A stretch of DNA of 64,000 nt from Azolla caroliniana (GCA_043228905.1 JBHGNT010000002.1:6324001-6388000), one strand, 5' to 3'. Counted from the stretch's first letter, positions 52,201 to 64,000 are shown. Notes: generated from the sequence alone by a model not told the origin. Numbers and translations are program-made.

Positions 52201-55200
52201 TCACTTCGGCATGGGATGTATCTCCAATCCGATCCTCTTCCGGCATGCTTCTAGCTTGTCGGGTGTGAGCACTTTGGTCAGCATATCTGACCCGTTCTCG
52301 TCCGTGTGGATCTTCGTCAACACGAACTCCTGGTCTTCTATTCTTTCCCGGATCCAGTGATATCTTCGCTGGATGTGCTTCGTCCGGGAGTGATAGGCCG
52401 CGTTCTTCGCAAGGTGGATGGCACTCTGACTGTCGCAGTAGAGTCGGTACTCCTCCTGCCGGATACCAAGCTCTCTAATGAAGTCCTTCATCCATATTAT
52501 TTCCTTGCCGGCTTCAACAGCCGCCATGTACTCCGCCTCCGTGGTTGACAGCGCAACCGTCTTCTGCAGCCTCGACTGCCACGAAACAGCTCCCCCTGCA
52601 TATGTCATCACATACCCTGATGTGGACCGGCTGGTATCTGCATCAGCCGACATATCCGAATCGGTAAATCCATCGAGTTCGGGCTTACCGGAGCCGAATC
52701 GGAGGCACACGTTTGCCGTGCCCTTCAGGTATCGGAGTGTCCACTTGACCGCGTTCCAGTGCTCCTTGCCGGGATTGCTCATGTACCGGCTCACCACTCC
52801 AACTGCATATCCTATGTCCGGTCTTGTACACACCATTGCGTACATCAAGCTTCCGACGGCAGAGGCATATGGTACTTTCATCATATCCTCCTTTTCAGCC
52901 TTTGTCTTGGGACTTTGCTTGCTGGACAGCTTGCAGTTTGCCGGGAGGGTCGATCCGACCGGTCTTGCCTCCGACATGTTGAACCGGTGAAGCACCTTTG
53001 TCACGTACTTCTCCTGTGACAGCCACAACTGCTTCTTCTTCCGGTTCCGGATGATGTGCATCCCTAGTATTTGCCTCGCCGGACCCAAGTCCTTCATTGA
53101 GAAGGTTCGGTGAAGAGCCTTCTTCAGCATCCGTATCTTGACCTGGTCCCGTCCGACGATCAACATGTCGTCCACGTACAGGAGGAGTATTAGAAAGTCT
53201 CCTCCTTCGAACTTCTTCACAAACACGCAGTGATCGGACTGCGTTTTGTGGTACCCTTCGTCGGTCATGAAGGAGTCGAACTTCCGGTACCATTGCCGGG
53301 GAGCCTGTTTCAGTCCGTAAAGGCTCTTCTTCAACCGGCATACCAGGTGCTCCTTCCCTTTCTTCTCGAATCCTTCCGGTTGCTGCATGTATATCTCTTC
53401 CTCGAGGTCACCGTGAAGGAATGCCGTCTTCACGTCCATCTGTTCTACCTCGAGGTCCATGCTTGCCGCTATGCTCAGCACCGTCCGGATGGAGGTCATC
53501 TTCACTACCGGGGCAAATATCTCGTCGAAGTCGACGCCCTTCTTCTGCTGGAACCCCTTCACCACGATCCTGGCTTTGTATCTCGGGGGGTTTCCGGCAT
53601 CTCCCGGTTTTAGCTTGAACACCCACTTGTTACGGAGTGCCCGCTTTCCTTTCGGCAACTCCACAAGCTCATATGTGTGGTTCTCATGCAGGGAATCCAT
53701 CTCCTCCTGCATGGCACTTAACCACCTGCGGCTATGGGTGTCATGCTTTGCTTCTTCAAAGCTCTCCGGCTCCCCCTCGTCGGTTAGCAGCACGTGCTCT
53801 GGTTCCGGAAATCTCCGGGGGGCCCTTCTCTCTCTTAGAGGATATCTCCGTTCCGGAGCTTCGGTAACCGGTTCTTCCGATTCTTCTTCATCCGAATCCA
53901 TTTCGGGATCGGGGCCGGTTCCGGTATCATATTCATCTTCTTCGGCCGGTTCTGTTTCTTCACCGTCTTCGGCCGGATCCTCGAGTGCTAACCGGTCCCT
54001 TACCGGTCGGGACTGCTCCTCGTAGAGTTTATCCTCACCGGTCGACTTGGAGCTCTTCATCTTCTTCTCCGACTCCCAGTCGGCGAGTGTCTTGTCCTCC
54101 ATGAAGATGATATCTCGACTCCTGAATATCTTCTTGTCGACCGGGTCCCATACTCGGTAGCCGAACTCGTCGTTGCCGTAACCGAGGAATATGCATGGCC
54201 GGGTCTTTGGATCTAGCTTTCCTCTCCGGTCCTTTGCCACATGCACATATGCGAGACACCCGAACACCTTCAGATGCCGGTAGGACACTTCCCTACCGGT
54301 CCACACTCTCTGCGGCGTGTCTCCGTCCAAAGGTACTGAGGGTGATCTGTTAATCACGTATGTCGCTGTCGACATTGCCTCAGCCCAAAACCCCTTGGGT
54401 AATTTCGCATGCGCCAGCATACTCCGGACCCTCTCCATTATGGTCCGGTTCATCCTCTCGGCCAGCCCGTTCAGTTCCGGCGTCTTCGGCACTGTAAACT
54501 CGAGCCGGATTCCCTTCGAGCGACAGTACTCCTGGAACTGCCCCCGGTATTCCCCTCCGTTATCCGCTCGTATCGCTTTCAGCTCCTTTCCGGATTCTCT
54601 TTCCACTCTCGCGTGGAGTTCTTTGAAGACGGACAATACTTGGTCCTTTGTCTTCAACGGTGCCGTCCACAGCTTCCGGCTGTGGTCATCAATGAATGTC
54701 ACGAAGTACTGGGCTCCGCCATGTGACTTCGTTTCCACTTGACACACGTCAGTGTGCACCAACTCCAATGGTGCGCTACGTCTCGTCGGTGGCCTTGAGT
54801 GGAAAGAGGCTCGGTTCTGCTTACTGGCCAGGCAATCGGTGCACTTCTCCAGGTGCACATGCTTCACTGGAATGAGGTTGTCATCTGCAAGCCTCTTCAT
54901 CCCCTTCTCACTCATGTGGCACAGTCTCTTGTGCCACAGCTCACCGGCAGTGTCGGCTGCCACATTCAGCTCCTCCGGACATAGCCGGGAATTCATCAGG
55001 TACAGTGTGTTGATCTTCCGGGCCCGAGCCACTATCAGGCTCCCCTTGCTGAACTTCATGACACCGTTCCGGATGCTACCCGTGTAACCTTCATCATCTA
55101 GCCTCCCGGCCGAGATCAGGTTCAATCGGACCTCCGGAACATGTCGCACATCCTTCAGCAGCATCTTGCATCCAGTTGATGTCATCAGCCACACGTCTCC

Positions 55201-56274
55201 TATGCCGGCAATCCGGCATGTTCCTTCATTTCCCATCCGGACACAGCCGTGCTCACCGGCTATGTAGGATGAGAAGTATTTCTTCTCCGGGGTCAGGTGG
55301 AACGACGCTCCGGAATCGACCACCCAGGTCATCTCTTCTCCGGCAAGGTTCAGCTCCCTCTCTTCGGTAATGAGCATTATCTCTTCTTCACTTGCCGCGA
55401 GTGCTGTCGTTCCTTTCCGGTCCTGCCCTCGCCGATCCGGACCTCTCCGGTCCGTGGCTCCCCGGTATGCTCCGTTTCGCTCCGGTGACTTCTTCGAATC
55501 GGTGTCGTCGGCTCCGTTGTCCTTTCGGTAATGCCGACAATTCTTCCGGAAGTGCCCCGGCTTCCCACAGTGGAAGCATGTAGGCCTTCCTCTTGATTGC
55601 GACCGGGTCCCCGACTTCTCCCGTCTTTGCGGACTCCGGTTCCATTGTCTTCCCCGATCCGATTCGGTAAGCAGCGCCTTCGTGTCGGAGGCCGGTTCTT
55701 TATCTCTCCGACGCGCTTCTTCGTTCAAAATACTTGTCTTTACCGTTTGTAAGGACAAGTTATCTTCGGTGCAGGAGGTGCTGAGAGTCACCACCAAGTT
55801 CTCCCAGCTGTCCGGCAATGTGCACATCAGGATGATGGCTTGCATTGCATCCTCCAACGGGAACTTGATCGCCGCAAGCTGGTTCACGAATCCCATGAAC
55901 GTGCTTACGTGTTCCACCATACTCTCGCCGTCTCGGTACTTGAGATTCACTATCTTTCTCATCAGGGAGGTCCGGTTCAACGCATTCTTCCTCTCGTAGA
56001 GGCCCGACAGCTTCTTCCACATCTCGTATGCGTTGGTGTCGTTCGCCACATGTTGTAGGACGCTTACATCGACATATTGCCGGATCGTCGCTACGGCTTT
56101 CCGGTTCAGAAGCCTCCATTCCGTCTCAAGTACCCCCTTCGGTATTTCCGACCTGTCAATCGGTTCGTACAGGTCCCGAACAATCAGAAGATCCTCCATC
56201 TTGATCTTCCAGTCGGCGTAATTTTGTGCATTCAGCACCATCATCCCCGGCTGCCCGCTGCCGCCGCCTTCCAT
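52201..56274 (-). CDS. Copia Gag-Pol polyprotein, 1357 aa, uninterrupted
   Basis: CFHCGKPGHFRKNC, VVDSGAS, integrase HTDVC/RADNGGEY/AERMNR, RT LYVDD, RNase H TDSD/EAEY. Confidence 0.97.
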   Translation of the reverse strand: MEGGGSGQPGMMVLNAQNYADWKIKMEDLLIVRDLYEPIDRSEIPKGVLETEWRLLNRKAVATIRQYVDVSVLQHVANDTNAYEMWKKLSGLYERKNALNRTSLMRKIVNLKYRDGESMVEHVSTFMGFVNQLAAIKFPLEDAMQAIILMCTLPDSWENLVVTLSTSCTEDNLSLQTVKTSILNEEARRRDKEPASDTKALLTESDRGRQWNRSPQRREKSGTRSQSRGRPTCFHCGKPGHFRKNCRHYRKDNGADDTDSKKSPERNGAYRGATDRRGPDRRGQDRKGTTALAASEEEIMLITEERELNLAGEEMTWVVDSGASFHLTPEKKYFSSYIAGEHGCVRMGNEGTCRIAGIGDVWLMTSTGCKMLLKDVRHVPEVRLNLISAGRLDDEGYTGSIRNGVMKFSKGSLIVARARKINTLYLMNSRLCPEELNVAADTAGELWHKRLCHMSEKGMKRLADDNLIPVKHVHLEKCTDCLASKQNRASFHSRPPTRRSAPLELVHTDVCQVETKSHGGAQYFVTFIDDHSRKLWTAPLKTKDQVLSVFKELHARVERESGKELKAIRADNGGEYRGQFQEYCRSKGIRLEFTVPKTPELNGLAERMNRTIMERVRSMLAHAKLPKGFWAEAMSTATYVINRSPSVPLDGDTPQRVWTGREVSYRHLKVFGCLAYVHVAKDRRGKLDPKTRPCIFLGYGNDEFGYRVWDPVDKKIFRSRDIIFMEDKTLADWESEKKMKSSKSTGEDKLYEEQSRPVRDRLALEDPAEDGEETEPAEEDEYDTGTGPDPEMDSDEEESEEPVTEAPERRYPLRERRAPRRFPEPEHVLLTDEGEPESFEEAKHDTHSRRWLSAMQEEMDSLHENHTYELVELPKGKRALRNKWVFKLKPGDAGNPPRYKARIVVKGFQQKKGVDFDEIFAPVVKMTSIRTVLSIAASMDLEVEQMDVKTAFLHGDLEEEIYMQQPEGFEKKGKEHLVCRLKKSLYGLKQAPRQWYRKFDSFMTDEGYHKTQSDHCVFVKKFEGGDFLILLLYVDDMLIVGRDQVKIRMLKKALHRTFSMKDLGPARQILGMHIIRNRKKKQLWLSQEKYVTKVLHRFNMSEARPVGSTLPANCKLSSKQSPKTKAEKEDMMKVPYASAVGSLMYAMVCTRPDIGYAVGVVSRYMSNPGKEHWNAVKWTLRYLKGTANVCLRFGSGKPELDGFTDSDMSADADTSRSTSGYVMTYAGGAVSWQSRLQKTVALSTTEAEYMAAVEAGKEIIWMKDFIRELGIRQEEYRLYCDSQSAIHLAKNAAYHSRTKHIQRRYHWIRERIEDQEFVLTKIHTDENGSDMLTKVLTPDKLEACRKRIGLEIHPMPK

Positions 56275-56305
56275 TTTCTGCGTTACCGTCGCTCTGATAC
56301 CACTT

Positions 56306-56949
56306 TGTTGAACGCCGCAAGCTCGGCCACAACCGAGAAATAGGATCTAGTCACAGAAAACAGGGAATACGAAATGCTCCAATGCAATAGAGAGAAGAGT
56401 ACACAGTATGTTTTACGTGGAAAACCCTAAACGGGAAAAAAACCACGGGAGTACAAGACTCCAAACCAACACTATACAGAGAAGTATACAATGGCGAGCT
56501 GCAAGGCGACGACCTTGAGCTCACTGTCCTCGCCACAGGCGGCGGTAATACACAGAGGCAACGACCTCCTCGTTTCTCTCTCTCTCTCTCTCTCTCTCGG
56601 CTGCTCTCACTTCGCTCCCTCTAAGTGAAAACAGAAAATGAGCAGCAACATAAAACTGTTTGCCCTAAGTCATATTTATACACATATGACTTTCAGGCTA
56701 TTTACAAATATAGCCACAAGGGCTCTTGGCAAACATATTCACAAATATGTCCCCGCATCCGGATCTCTCTCCGGGTACATTCGTCATCCGGCTCCGTGGC
56801 CGGGGTCTACATCATCCGGCTCCGTAACCGGGTCTTCGTCATCCGGCTCCGTAACCGGGTACTATTCATCATCCGGTTCCGTAACCGTAACCGGGCTTGC
56901 CGTCATTCATCTCCGGACATCCCATCCGGAGGGACCGTAAATCCCAACA
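56306..56949 (-). repeat. 5' LTR of intact copia
   Basis: Direct repeat with adjacent PBS. Confidence 0.96.
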
Positions 56950-58318
56950 GTTGCCGTATGCCTGAGGGCTGCTGGTTAGTGGGGTGTGGGCTCGGTTGTG
57001 GAGAGGGCATCGATGTCCTTGGTGTTTTCTGTCGTATGGTGACATCCTCAGTGATGGGCTCCTCGGCCTCGTCCCATTTGACACGGGTCACTAGTAACGC
57101 ATGTTGCTTCTGTGTTTTTGGTGGGGGTGGTGCCGAGGTGGGAGTAGGATTCCGAGCGGCCGAGGGAGGTGGAGAGGGCAAGGGGTCTTCCCATTCTTCC
57201 TGGGTAAACGCCAAAATCTTCTCCCGCTGTTTCCGTGGTGGTGGTGGAGAGATGAGGATGCGACGAGGGGAAAACGAAGGAGGTGGGTAGAGGATTGTGA
57301 GGTGATGGGTCATCACAAGTAGCAATCGCTTACTGGATTGAAAAGACTCCAGTGTTGCACGGACTCCTTCGCCAGTGATGATTCCCCAATCGACTTTGTC
57401 GCCTTCGTACTCTTTGATGATGATGGCAGCCCTATTATGTGGCATACTCATGGGATTTGTATGCACAAAGGCGTATTCCATCAAAATTTGGGCGATCTCC
57501 CCAAAATACCTGTTTGGTCCTCCGTAAGTGCGGTAAGCTTTTCCCGAAATCGAATACATCCCAAAGTATTCCTTGAGGGTCGTGTGAGGAGGAATCTCGA
57601 CTTCATGTGCTCCACCTCGCGTAAGGTCCAGAGCGGCGCGAATCATATTGTTGGTCACTGTGTCGGGGTGGATTCTGCGTGCTATTGCTTGGGCGTCAGG
57701 GTGCGTTGGGGCGTCGATGACCCGTAAGTAGCCGCCCAATCCTTGTTGTTGTAGCCAAGAACGGGTTTCCTGCGATGTTGAGAGAGGCATGGTGGACTCG
57801 ATGGTTTGCTGACAGGGAGAGTGGGGGGGGGGGGGGGTCGATGAGACGAGGGCGAGACAGAGAGATGGAAGAAGATTGTTGGGGAGGAAATCGTTGTTCT
57901 GTGAAGGAGCTACGAGGGCGAGAGAAGGCATGTTTGCGGGAGCGATGAGAACGAGAGAGAGCTTGGGAGCTTGAAGGTTGTGAATGCAAGAAAGCTTCTG
58001 TGTGAATGGGCGCGTTGTGTGTGGGGTAGCTTCTTTTATGTGACCACCTAGGGTTTTGTGTAGGGAGAAGATCCTTTAGATTCTTGGTTGTGGCTGCCAT
58101 AATAAGGTATTATGGCCACGCGTCAAAGGAGTGCTTTGCCTTGTGAGGTGTGCATGTTCCTTAAATACTTTACTTTAATGTGAAGGTGACTAGTTTGTGC
58201 TCCTAAGAAATTTTCGTGATTTGGGGTGATTTGTTAGGTGGTTTAGGTAAGGCTAATTCAAATGCTAAAACTATTCCTAATTTTACCTAATATACAATTT
58301 TGGTGGGTAGTCATTATT

Positions 58319-61300
58319 TTACCGATGGGGGCACGTGGCCTCCTTCGTGGCGTCGTCCGTGAACTGGTCCATGTTGTGAGACTCGGCGAAGGGATTATTT
58401 GGGGTATTTCCTTGGTAAGGTCGACGTCGGAATCCATTTACCCAGCTTTTGACGATGTCTCTGGCAAGTGTGCCGAGTTGGAATGTGTCGTTAAACTCGT
58501 CGATTATCTAGAAGGGGCCTGTCCATCGAAATCGTAATTTCCCGGGCATGGCACCGAGTCGTGTTTGGAAGACGAGTACCAGTTTGCTGATGGTAAGTGC
58601 TTTCTTCGTACCTTTCCAGTGACGATCTACGAAGGTTTTGCGTTGTCGTTGGCGTTGTTCCAGTTGAGCCATGCTGGCTACTCGATGTTCGCTGAGTTCG
58701 AGGAGTTGTTCGAGCTGATATTGCTCTGATTGGGCCTCGGGTAACCTTCCCTTAACCTGAACTCGAAGACTCGGAACTTGGAACTTGATCGACATGACTG
58801 CTTCCAAACCATATGCCATCCGAAAGGGGGTAGATTGAATGCTAGTTTTAAATGTGGTGCGATATGCCCATAATGCACTATGGAGCTTGTTATCCCAATC
58901 GATGCGGTTTTCATTGACGATCTTTTTCAGGATTGTTTGCAAAATTTTATTAGTAGATTCTGCCTATCCGTTTGCCTGAGGATAGTACAATGTACTTTTC
59001 TTATGTACGACCGGGTAGTGTGTAGTGAGCTCCTGAATTATGTGGTTTATAAAATGCCCACCTTGGTCACTAATGAGCTCGATTGGGCATCCATAATGGC
59101 ACCATAGATGTTCGTAAACGAACTTTGCCGTGGATGCAACCGTGTTGTCTCGTAGTGCCTTAGCCTCGACCCATTTTGTGCAATAGTCTGTGGCCACGAT
59201 TATATATTTGTTACTGGTGCAAGCCGCGACTGGTTTGAAAGGTCCCACAAAATCTAACCCCCGCTTTTGAAATGGTTCTAATGGGAATATTGGTTGGTGC
59301 GGCAGCCGGGCTTGCTCTGTCGGTTGTCCCATGCGTTGACACAAATCACACCGTCGACAAAATTCATGAGCATCTTTTTTCGTTGTAGGCCACCATAAGC
59401 CACTCTACCATATTTTTCTTGCTGTGGACTCTCCAGCATAATGACCCCCCTCGATTCCGTGATGTGCCTCCTGGAGGATTGCGTGTTTCTTGAATTGACG
59501 GATTGCACGACGCCAGATGCCGTCTGAGCCTTTGTGGTAGAGGGTGTCGGAGACCAGACAAAAGTTTCGGCTCCGGACAGCTAGTTGTTTTCGAGCATCA
59601 AGGGTCAGGTGGTTGGGAGGAAGGCCGGTGTTGAGGAAATGGGTCATCTCAGTGATCCATTCATCTTCATTTTCGTCTGGTATCGTTGCGAGACTAGAAA
59701 GGGCGGTGTCAAGTAGATCATCGTACGTGGACTCTGCTGGTTCTCCTGACTCGAGGCGGCTTAGGTAGTCAGCTACGGCGTGTTGGACTCCGGGCCGGTG
59801 CTGGATCTTAAAATCAAAGTCTTGTAGAAGGAGCATCCATCGGGCCAGGCAACCTGTGAGGGCCTGTTTATTTACCAAGTAGAGGAGAGCCGAGTGATCG
59901 ACATGGAATGTGAATTTCCGGCCCAAGAGGTAATGCCAGAATTTGTTGATGTTGTAGACCATACCGAGGGCCTCGCGTTCATTTGTTGAGTAGTTCTTCT
60001 TCGCGGCCGACAATCGTCGGCTAGCGTAATACACTAGCCGATACCAATTTGGTGGTGTGCGCTGCATAAGCGCACTGCCGATGGCTATATCTGATGCGTC
60101 TACGAACACGTGAAAAGGTTCTGACCAGACTGGTGGTTGTACAACAGGGGCATGGGAGAGCATTAACTTCAAGGATTGGTAAGCCTCGTCTTCTATTGAG
60201 GACCACTGAAATGGGAGTCTATGCACAACCGCGTGCAATGGAGTTGTGAAATCGGCCAGGTGGCGTAACATCCGGCTATGCCATCTGATTTGTCCCATGA
60301 ATCATCTAAGGGTCTTCGTGGTAGAGGGCACGGGAGCGTTCAGAATGGCTTGCACTTTATCCGGGTCCATGGCGATACCTTCCTGACTGACTATGTGCCC
60401 GAGCAGGTTGCCGCTTGTCACCAAGAACGCGCATTTTGCCGGATTTAAGCTCAATCAAGCTTGTCGACATCGATCAAAATAGAGGCGTAACTGGGTCATA
60501 TGCTCTAGCCACTGGCCATACATGGCGAAGTCGTCGAGAAAAACTTGCATGAACGCCGAGATATACTCGTTGAAAATCTTGGTGATCATGCGTTGGAATG
60601 TGGCCGGTGCCGTTTTTAATCCGAACATCATTACCTTAGCCACAAAGACACCCCATTCCGTGACAAATGTCGTTTTCTCTTGATCGGTCGGGTGCGTTTT
60701 GATTTGGTTAAAGCTGCTGAACCCATCTAGAAAGTTGTAGCATTCATGACTATCCACCGTGTCGAGGACACTATCCGTGAACGGGAGAGGAAACCCATCC
60801 ATGACTGTCATGGCATTGAGTTTGCGGTAATCAACGCAAACACGGATTTTCCCGTTTTTCTTGGGGACGACGATGATTGGGCTTAACCATGTGGCCTTTT
60901 TACTGGGCATATAAAACCTACTTGGAGGAGCTTGTCGATCTCCTCTTTGACCTTAGCCGAGTAGGTGGGGTTCATACGGTATCGTCGTTGTTGGACCGGC
61001 CAAGCGTCATGCAAGAGGTGTATTTGGTGTTGGTAATATTGGGAATCCAATCCCTTCATATCAGTGTAAGACCATGCGAATACATCCTGATAATCCGTGA
61101 GCAGGCGTATGAGGGTTGACTGTTCGTCGGCTGGTAAGTTGTTAGCGATTTGTAGTGTACGCAGCTTCTCATCGGAGCCGAGGTTGAGTGACTCGAGCAT
61201 TGATGCTTTGACTCGTTGGGAGATGGCGAGTTCTCGTTCAAACACGTCCCGAGTGTGTTGTAATTCCGCGATAGGTATGGAATTTGGCTCGTCTTGGGGA

Positions 61301-62951
61301 AGTGAATCTTCTGTGACATCCTCGTTCGGTGGTGTGCTGAAGGCCGAGATGGCATCTATTTCGAAGAGGGGTATGATAGTGGGATGAACTTCCAGGAAGT
61401 CATCCACCTCTTCGTCGGCTAACCCGTTGAGCATGTGTACCCCTTCCGCCTATAAGGGTGTGGTGTTGTGGGGCGTGGTTAGGCGTTCTTCTGTTATTAT
61501 CCATACCTTGGTCTTCCCCCGACGGAAAGAGATCATATTTCGTTGCCAATGTTACTTAATATTTGTTGTGCACAGCTAAAGTCGTCCAAGCAGCATTGGG
61601 TATGCGCCCAGGGCTTCGAGGCGTAACACGACTATCGAGGTAGTGAACATGTGGCCTCCTAACGTGAAGTCGAGGTGGTGAATTAACACTATGGGGCAAA
61701 CCGATGGCGTATCGGCCATCCAAAGCCAAAAGGGGCAAGGTTCCCACTGGTTTAGACCGAGTTTGTGACATGTGGCCTCGCTGATGACGTTCATGCTAGA
61801 GCCACCGTCGATTATGCATCCATGAAGGTCGCTTCCCTTAATCATGATTTCACGGTTGGATTCTAAGAATCCATGAGGGGTGGGCCCATCCTTGGCTCTG
61901 TCAGGTTAACAAGGGGTGCGGCTGATTTGGCGTTTGTCGTGAGCATAGCCAATGTATCCCAAAAGCGCGGCATGAGCAGTAAAAGCTTATGCAATGGCAT
62001 CGAGATCCTAGAACTAGTAAGGGCATCCCACAGATGGTCATCTTTTGTCGAGGTGGATGGTCCTGTGGACTGTGGTGCTCCGATGGTCACGTCCTGCATC
62101 TCTGTGTGCATCCTCTCAACGTTGCTTTTGTTGGCGGTGTCAATCCATTCCGTGGCTGTTTGTCAGACTTCATCTTGTACTTGCCATTGGGTAGCCTAGG
62201 TTTTGCTGCGTGTAGTGACGTGTTGAACGTCTGCCATAATACTATTCACGGACGGGGCCTTGTCGCGGTCCGTGGTTGGGCATTGGGTAGCGTAGTGGCT
62301 GGGTTGGTTACACTTAAAGCAGGTAACCGATGCCGAGTTGCTGGTGTCACCATGATTAGTGTGTGGGAGAGGGTGTGAGCAGTTCCCAACCTCTTGTGTA
62401 GGCGTGTTGGCCCGTGGCACGTTATGGGGAAGAGAGTTGTGCGATACGTTTTGAGGAGGGTCCCGACGACGATTGTTGTTATGTTGTCGATTGTTCCACA
62501 AACCTTTGTGAGAGTTCCTTCTATCGTTTCGTGAATACCGCTGATCGTACCGGTCATCCCGGTCGTCGTTGTACCGGTCATACTCGTCATTTGCTTTATA
62601 TTGGTCATCGCAGCATTGGTCATGACGGTCGTTTGATCTCCTGCGGTTGTTGTGGTGGTAGCGGTCGTCGTCGCGGCGGTAGTTGTCGTCACAACGCTGA
62701 AAATCCGGGGATTGTGGTCGCTCGTTATCCTGAAGTCGGTAGGATTGACGCTTGTCCTACCGTGAGTATGTATTTCGAGGCTCGATCTAGCGAACTGGAA
62801 CCGTCGTTGTGCGGTTGAACATGTTGTATTCACATTGTTCGATTGTGTGAGATTGGGATTGACAGATTGGACAATGTGGCCGGTGAGGGCACTCGAGAGC
62901 CAAATGTTGGGGTCAAGGTCGTCAATGCGGAAGAACAAACAACATCTGTGA
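58319..62951 (-). pseudogene. Gypsy gag (C-terminal part) and pol (PR, RT, RH, IN), disrupted
   Basis: CPICQSQSHTIEQC and CFKCNQPSHYATQC knuckles, IIDGGSS, CVDYRKLN, FLDDF, DASDIAIG, GLDFVGP, SDQGGHF; no extra RNase H or chromodomain seen. Confidence 0.93.
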
Positions 62952-64000
62952 TGTTGAAGGACCTGTGTATGAGAATGAACAAGATACACAGAGAGAGAGA
63001 GAGAGAGATAGGCACAAAGAAACGTTTTATTTCTTAATAGCAACAGTTACAAATGACAACCAACCTTCACTAAAGGTTCCAAAGTCACTTTATATAGTGA
63101 CTATCCTAGGGCAACTGCCCTTTATGCTATTTACAAAAATAGCCCAAACTTGGGTTGTCCAAAGGGACAATGTGAATACGGCCATTATACACTCGTACTC
63201 GACACTCCCCCGTAATGGGCGTATACATGGGTTATCCTAAATTACAGGTATACACAAGGTTTATCGGACATATCAGTTTTGTTCTAGTCGGCAAGATCTG
63301 AAGACAGAAGACCAAACCGGTCGGGTCGGAAAAGCTGAAGCCGATCCTCAAAGAACCGATGTCAGTTGTCCGAAACCATCCTGTGCTATGTGTCCGACTT
63401 TTTAACTGGACCAATCTTTCGTTACGCCCATCTGGTGCCGAAGGGACCGAAAGCGATCTGCCGAAAGACACTTGGTCATTCCATCTTCGACATTATTGGT
63501 TGTGGATATCTTCTCGAGACTGATTTTCCCTGAAATGACGCAGTCCCGAACAAAGTGATATCGAAGGTCGATATGCTTGGAGGTGTTGTGGTGAACCGGT
63601 TTTTTTGACAAAGTAACAACACCCTGACTGTCGTTGTAGACAACTGGAGCCAATTCGAGGTCGACTTGTCAAAATGTGTGTGCCAGCTGACCGAGCCATA
63701 AAGCTTCTTTTGCCGCGTCGGACGCAACTACATATTCCGCTTCGGTCGTTGAGGTGGCTGTGGACTCCTGAAGTTTCGACTTCCACGAGATTGCTCCATT
63801 GCCGAATTTGAAACAATATCCGGTTGTTGATTTCTGACTGTCCATGCAGCCGACGAAGTCCGAGTCGGTGTAACCAACTAAGCCTGAGGTTGAGTTCGGG
63901 CCAAAACGAATGTCGTGGTCTTTTGTGCCAGCTAGATATCTGAACACATGCTTGACTGTGTTCCAGTGCGATCGGCTTGGGTTGTGCATGAATCTGCTGA
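62952..64000 (-). mobile_element. Ty1/copia element (family C), 3' end: RT/RNase H, PPT and 3' LTR; inserted in the gypsy gag
   Basis: GYTDSDF, STTEAEY, KHIDLRYHFVRD (frameshifted); PPT ACGGGGGAG at 63205-63213; LTR 62952-63204 (TGTTGA...TCGACA). Confidence 0.9.

Larger units (their letters stand above)
51547..56949 (-). mobile_element. Intact Ty1/copia retrotransposon (family A, Tnt1/Tork-like)
   Basis: 644-bp LTRs 51547-52190 and 56306-56949 that look identical; TSD GTTGC (51542-51546, 56950-56954); Met PBS 56291-56302; PPT GAAGGGGGAG. Confidence 0.98.
49383..57790 (-). pseudogene. Extra ORF of the gypsy element (globular N-domain, Pro-rich linker, coiled coil), split by the copia insertion
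   Basis: Removing 51547-56954 joins ...PSGIRQ to QKRKQAEEP...; downstream ORF pieces are E/K/Q/L heptad-rich; stops and frameshifts present. Confidence 0.75.
49035..62951 (-). mobile_element. Non-chromovirus Ty3/gypsy element (Athila/Phygy-like) with an extra 3' ORF; 5' end outside the window
   Basis: Putative 3' LTR 49035-49255 (TGTTG...CAACA); minus-strand gag-pol 58319-62951; extra ORF 49383-57790; carries copia insertions at 51547 and 62952. Confidence 0.85.

Noticed and set aside
52306-56343. Many short ORFs overlapping the copia polyprotein
   Set aside because: Shadow frames of a GC-rich coding sequence
62890-62951. Apparent PBS and LTR start (GAGAGCCAAA-TGTTGG)
   Set aside because: Lies next to a gag CCHC knuckle (CPICQSQSHTIEQC), matches no tRNA well and does not match the 49035 LTR

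Overview
Repeat-rich plant nuclear DNA, probably from a seed-free vascular plant such as a fern (inferred from a Tcn1-type chromovirus, an RTE-X-like LINE and PLS-PPR relics). A small gene island at about 25.6-39 kb holds an orphan spliced gene (+) converging on a multi-exon BUB1/BMF1-type checkpoint kinase (-). The rest is nested retroelements: two copies of a Tnt1-like copia (one intact, 51547-56949), a three-LTR tandem copia (1803-16136) carrying a non-autonomous LTR element (7066-10470), a TRIM, a LINE, a self-priming chromovirus (40574-46318), and an Athila-like gypsy with a large extra ORF (49035-62951, continuing beyond a copia insertion). The main signal is that two LTR elements with unrelated LTRs both lack a polypurine tract. 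In its place each has a 40-nt, apparently structured motif (30/40 identical) ending in a copy of the tRNA-Arg(UCU) 3' end that points into the 3' LTR. This suggests plus-strand priming by a second tRNA or by a tRNA mimic. All calls were made by eye and no searches were run.
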